DNA of 50,463 bases from Candidatus Heimdallarchaeota archaeon (GTDB taxonomy: Archaea; Asgardarchaeota; Heimdallarchaeia; Heimdallarchaeales; Heimdallarchaeaceae). Position 1 is the first letter of the stretch. Each line of letters begins with the position of its first letter. The position numbers and the translations under genes were made by a program. The notes below the pieces were generated by a model. That model did not search any database. It was not told the origin of the DNA and was given only the letters and a program-made list of their open reading frames with translations. Shown here piece by piece: positions 47,774 through 50,463 of this stretch. The DNA is taken from positions 1-50,463 of the forward strand of contig JAEOSZ010000131.1 of the NCBI GenBank assembly GCA_016840095.1, read 5' to 3'.

Positions 47774-49297
47774 TTAAATAATTATTCCCCATTCATGGAG
47801 GATATAATTTGTATTTGATTCCAATAAAGTACTTATTGGGTTTTGTAATTCTAATTGCAAAATATCTCTTTCTGTGTAATAGTATTTAAAGAATAAACGC
47901 AGTTGTGAGTATGTATGTGTAGTCGATAATTGGAAATTATAATTTATCCAATCTGAAGGCATTTGTTGAAGTATATGTGTTCCATCATTTTTCAGTAAAT
48001 CTTGTTCATAAAACCAATAATTGATGAGTTCTTCAGCTTCATTAGAAAATAATCCCAAATCTAGTAGAGTATTACTGAGATAGTCTATTAGTTGGTTTTT
48101 TGAAAATGATTTATCATTTAGAATATAGATGTCACCAATTTTGTTGATTACCCATCCATATTCAATTTTGTCAAAATCACTAAAGATATCTGCTTCATAG
48201 AAAAGATAGGGATAAAAAATATCGTTGTAGAGAATTTTTGATCCTGGAAATACTTCAAAAGAATCCCATAGAACAGTATCAGACAACTCAACTTCTGGTA
48301 TGGTTATTGTAGCAAATCCAAATGGCATATGAACAGAAAGCGTTTCAAGAAAAACTTCATCCTGTATATTGTATAAGTAGATAGCAGGTTTTCTTGCATT
48401 GTTAAACCATTTCCAGTAATGAATCGTTATGTTATGATATTCCGTAGTTGTATCAATCCAAGCAATTGTTATATTATCACAAAAAGCTTGAGTATAAGGT
48501 GATCGAACAAAATACATAAAGTCTGATCTACAATTGAATGAAAACTCGCAATTATATGTTGAATTGTTAATTTTAGTAAGATTAAATTCACCAACTGTTG
48601 GCAACAACTGAGCCGGATGTCCAAAATACCAACTAGATGGCCAAAGGCAAACTTCAATACGATCAGGTTCAGTTTCGACTGGAATATATACTGAATCATT
48701 TGCTGGTTCATCCCAGATGACTGTGGTATTGATTTCAACTTCTTTATAAAAAGTTGACCACCAATGAATTTCGATTTCATTGACTTCTTTGCTTTTATCA
48801 AGTCGAAAACACGTAAGACTATCTTGATAATCTACTTCATTAAAATATTTAGGTACTTTGATGATATACTTAATATCATTATCTTCATCGTACTCCATCT
48901 TTATTCTTCCAGTATATGTACCACTTGCATTATACTCCAGTTCTATAAACGAATCTAAAGTCCACTGACCTTGAGGGGGATGAGGAACTTCTTCAAAAAA
49001 TAATCCATTACAGTCATGTGGATTATTTCCCTTATATACTTCTATGTAATCTGGTTGATAATAGCATTTAGAATAACTTTGATTGATACACTCCTTTTCA
49101 TATGTTATTCCAAAAGGTTCGTCAGGATTAACATAGTCCTTTGGATCATCTAAAATAACAGTTACAAAAACATTAGGGGTTGGAATAATTGGTGGGGTAG
49201 TAGAATAATTGACTCCAAAATATATTCCGGTTGAAATTCCAGCTATTCCTATTACACTTGCTATAGTAATTGCAATTAGCTTTCCTTTCAACATCAA
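47774..49297 (-). CDS. Membrane-anchored exported protein with a C-terminal KPxIYLY...YLFYE...YW...EWG domain
   Basis: N-terminal TM; KPAIYLY, YPYLFYEA, LGL...EA..LI.YW, RLF, HEWG. Confidence 0.7.
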   Translation of the reverse strand: MMLKGKLIAITIASVIGIAGISTGIYFGVNYSTTPPIIPTPNVFVTVILDDPKDYVNPDEPFGITYEKECINQSYSKCYYQPDYIEVYKGNNPHDCNGLFFEEVPHPPQGQWTLDSFIELEYNASGTYTGRIKMEYDEDNDIKYIIKVPKYFNEVDYQDSLTCFRLDKSKEVNEIEIHWWSTFYKEVEINTTVIWDEPANDSVYIPVETEPDRIEVCLWPSSWYFGHPAQLLPTVGEFNLTKINNSTYNCEFSFNCRSDFMYFVRSPYTQAFCDNITIAWIDTTTEYHNITIHYWKWFNNARKPAIYLYNIQDEVFLETLSVHMPFGFATITIPEVELSDTVLWDSFEVFPGSKILYNDIFYPYLFYEADIFSDFDKIEYGWVINKIGDIYILNDKSFSKNQLIDYLSNTLLDLGLFSNEAEELINYWFYEQDLLKNDGTHILQQMPSDWINYNFQLSTTHTYSQLRLFFKYYYTERDILQLELQNPISTLLESNTNYILHEWGIII

Positions 49298-49337
49298 TAA
49301 ATATTGTCCTATGCATTTTTATAGATTTCTACGAACC

Positions 49338-49369
49338 ATTCTAATGATTGTTTTATTCTAATGATTGTT
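49338..49369. repeat. 15-bp direct repeat (17-bp period) in a divergent promoter
   Basis: ATTCTAATGATTGTT at 49338-49352 and 49355-49369. Confidence 0.8.
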
Positions 49370-49455
49370 CTGAAATAATATGAAGTTGAGAGTTACGAAG
49401 AGTTAAATACTTGCTAGAAAAGGGTTCAAAACAGATATACTAGAAGAGTGCTTAA

Positions 49456-50463
49456 ATGTTTACAGAAACTTCACCAACCGATTTAAAGAAACAGAGAATT
49501 GTGGCTTTATCTATAATTTCAACTGCTTCGTTTATCGGAGCTTTTATGGGTTCTGCTTTTTCGGTTGCTGCTCCAGTTATGACTAATCCACTCAGTCCCC
49601 AACATGTTCCTGGTCTTAATGAAGCAGGAATGGGTTGGATAATAACAATATATATCTTGGCTACAGCAATGCTTCAAATTCCATTTGGCAAAATTGCTGA
49701 CAATTATGGACGAAAAAGGATTTACTTGATTGGAATGATTATTTTTGCTTCTTCAGGTCTAGTATTAGGGTTTATGAACAGTGAAACTACTCTAGTGATA
49801 TTTAGATTTATACAAGGAGCTGGAGCAGCACTTACGTTTGCTACTGGGATGGCTATTTTAACTTCCATTTATCCTCAAAATGAAAGAGGTAAAGCTTTTG
49901 GTATTAACATTGGTTCTGTCTATTTAGGTTTAACTGTGGGTCCATCACTTGGTGGAGTCATTGTTGAGCATTTGGGTTGGAGAACCATATTTTTTAGTGT
50001 AGTGCCTTTTGGAGTTATTCTAATTTTTCTTGTTGCCTTTGTATTAAAAGGGGAATGGAAAAACGAGGAAAAGGAGAAGATCGATTATATTGGTGCAATT
50101 ATCTATATGGTTACATTATTTCTACTTCTATTTGGTTTCAGATCAATAAATACTAATTATGGTTTCTATTTGATTGGAGCTTCTATTATCACATTAATTG
50201 TATTTTTATTGTGGGAGAAAAGAGTTGAAATACCTATCCTAGAATTGAAATTATTCAAGAAAAACCGCTTTTTCACCTTTGCTAATCTATCTGCATTCTT
50301 CTTCTATTCAGCTACGTCTTCTAGTTCATTACTTCTAAATTATTATCTTCAAGATATACTCTACTTATCAGTTTCTATTGCAGGAATTATACTGTTGGTA
50401 AGACCCATAGCTCAAGCAATACTATCTCCAATAGGTGGTAGGTTATCTGATAAAATAGAACAT
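49456..50463 (+). CDS. MFS drug:H+ antiporter (DHA2/EmrB-like, 14-TM), partial
   Basis: Not in track (no stop in window). MFTETSPTDLKKQRIVALSII...; GKIADNYGRKR, FRFIQGAG, ERGKAFG, GP.LGG, WR..F. Confidence 0.9.
   Translation, partial: MFTETSPTDLKKQRIVALSIISTASFIGAFMGSAFSVAAPVMTNPLSPQHVPGLNEAGMGWIITIYILATAMLQIPFGKIADNYGRKRIYLIGMIIFASSGLVLGFMNSETTLVIFRFIQGAGAALTFATGMAILTSIYPQNERGKAFGINIGSVYLGLTVGPSLGGVIVEHLGWRTIFFSVVPFGVILIFLVAFVLKGEWKNEEKEKIDYIGAIIYMVTLFLLLFGFRSINTNYGFYLIGASIITLIVFLLWEKRVEIPILELKLFKKNRFFTFANLSAFFFYSATSSSSLLLNYYLQDILYLSVSIAGIILLVRPIAQAILSPIGGRLSDKIEH

Noticed and set aside
1790-48958. Numerous 60-120 aa antisense or alternate-frame ORFs inside long genes (e.g. 1790, 8066, 16919, 26044, 39769, 46824)
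   Set aside because: Shadow ORFs wholly overlapping well-supported CDSs, with no independent motifs
1-50463. Mobile element, prophage or defence island
   Set aside because: No integrase, transposase, terminal inverted repeats, phage structural or recognisable defence genes seen

Overview
AT-rich (low-30s % GC by eye), gene-dense prokaryotic chromosome segment of about 50 CDSs. It is very probably archaeal and most consistent with an Asgard (Heimdallarchaeia-like) genome. This is an inference from GGTGA/GGAGGTGA Shine-Dalgarno motifs, T-rich terminators, TrmB, aldehyde:ferredoxin oxidoreductase, a UbiA-family prenyltransferase, REC-(PAS)n-kinases and a GxG..DPYIIEN beta-helix exoprotein. I found no rRNA, tRNA, CRISPR array or transposase. 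Content in order: (1) an ArsR-type regulator divergent from an operon of two unannotated micro-ORFs, an MFS transporter and an 11-aa tandem-repeat cationic peptide; (2) a detox-like block of DinB and PNPOx-like genes, an Fpg/Nei glycosylase with Val2, three tandem sulfotransferases and an ABC exporter plus TrmB; (3) housekeeping metabolism and signalling (TPP enzyme, GPH symporter, TrxR, two PAS kinases, malic enzyme, SDR, HHxxxDG acyltransferase, DegV, aminotransferase, homoserine dehydrogenase, AOR); (4) several secreted proteins. The best candidate for an undescribed system is the divergent pair at 26.0-28.7 kb. One gene encodes a signal peptide, a caspase/CHAT-like His-Cys peptidase domain, an LDPG-Gly-rich-DPL linker and a hydrophobic multi-helix C-terminal domain, resembling a self-processing archaeocin or toxin. 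Its partner is a secreted protein that carries the same LDPG-Gly-rich-DPL motif directly after its signal peptide. All functional calls come from motif recognition only; no database searches were run.
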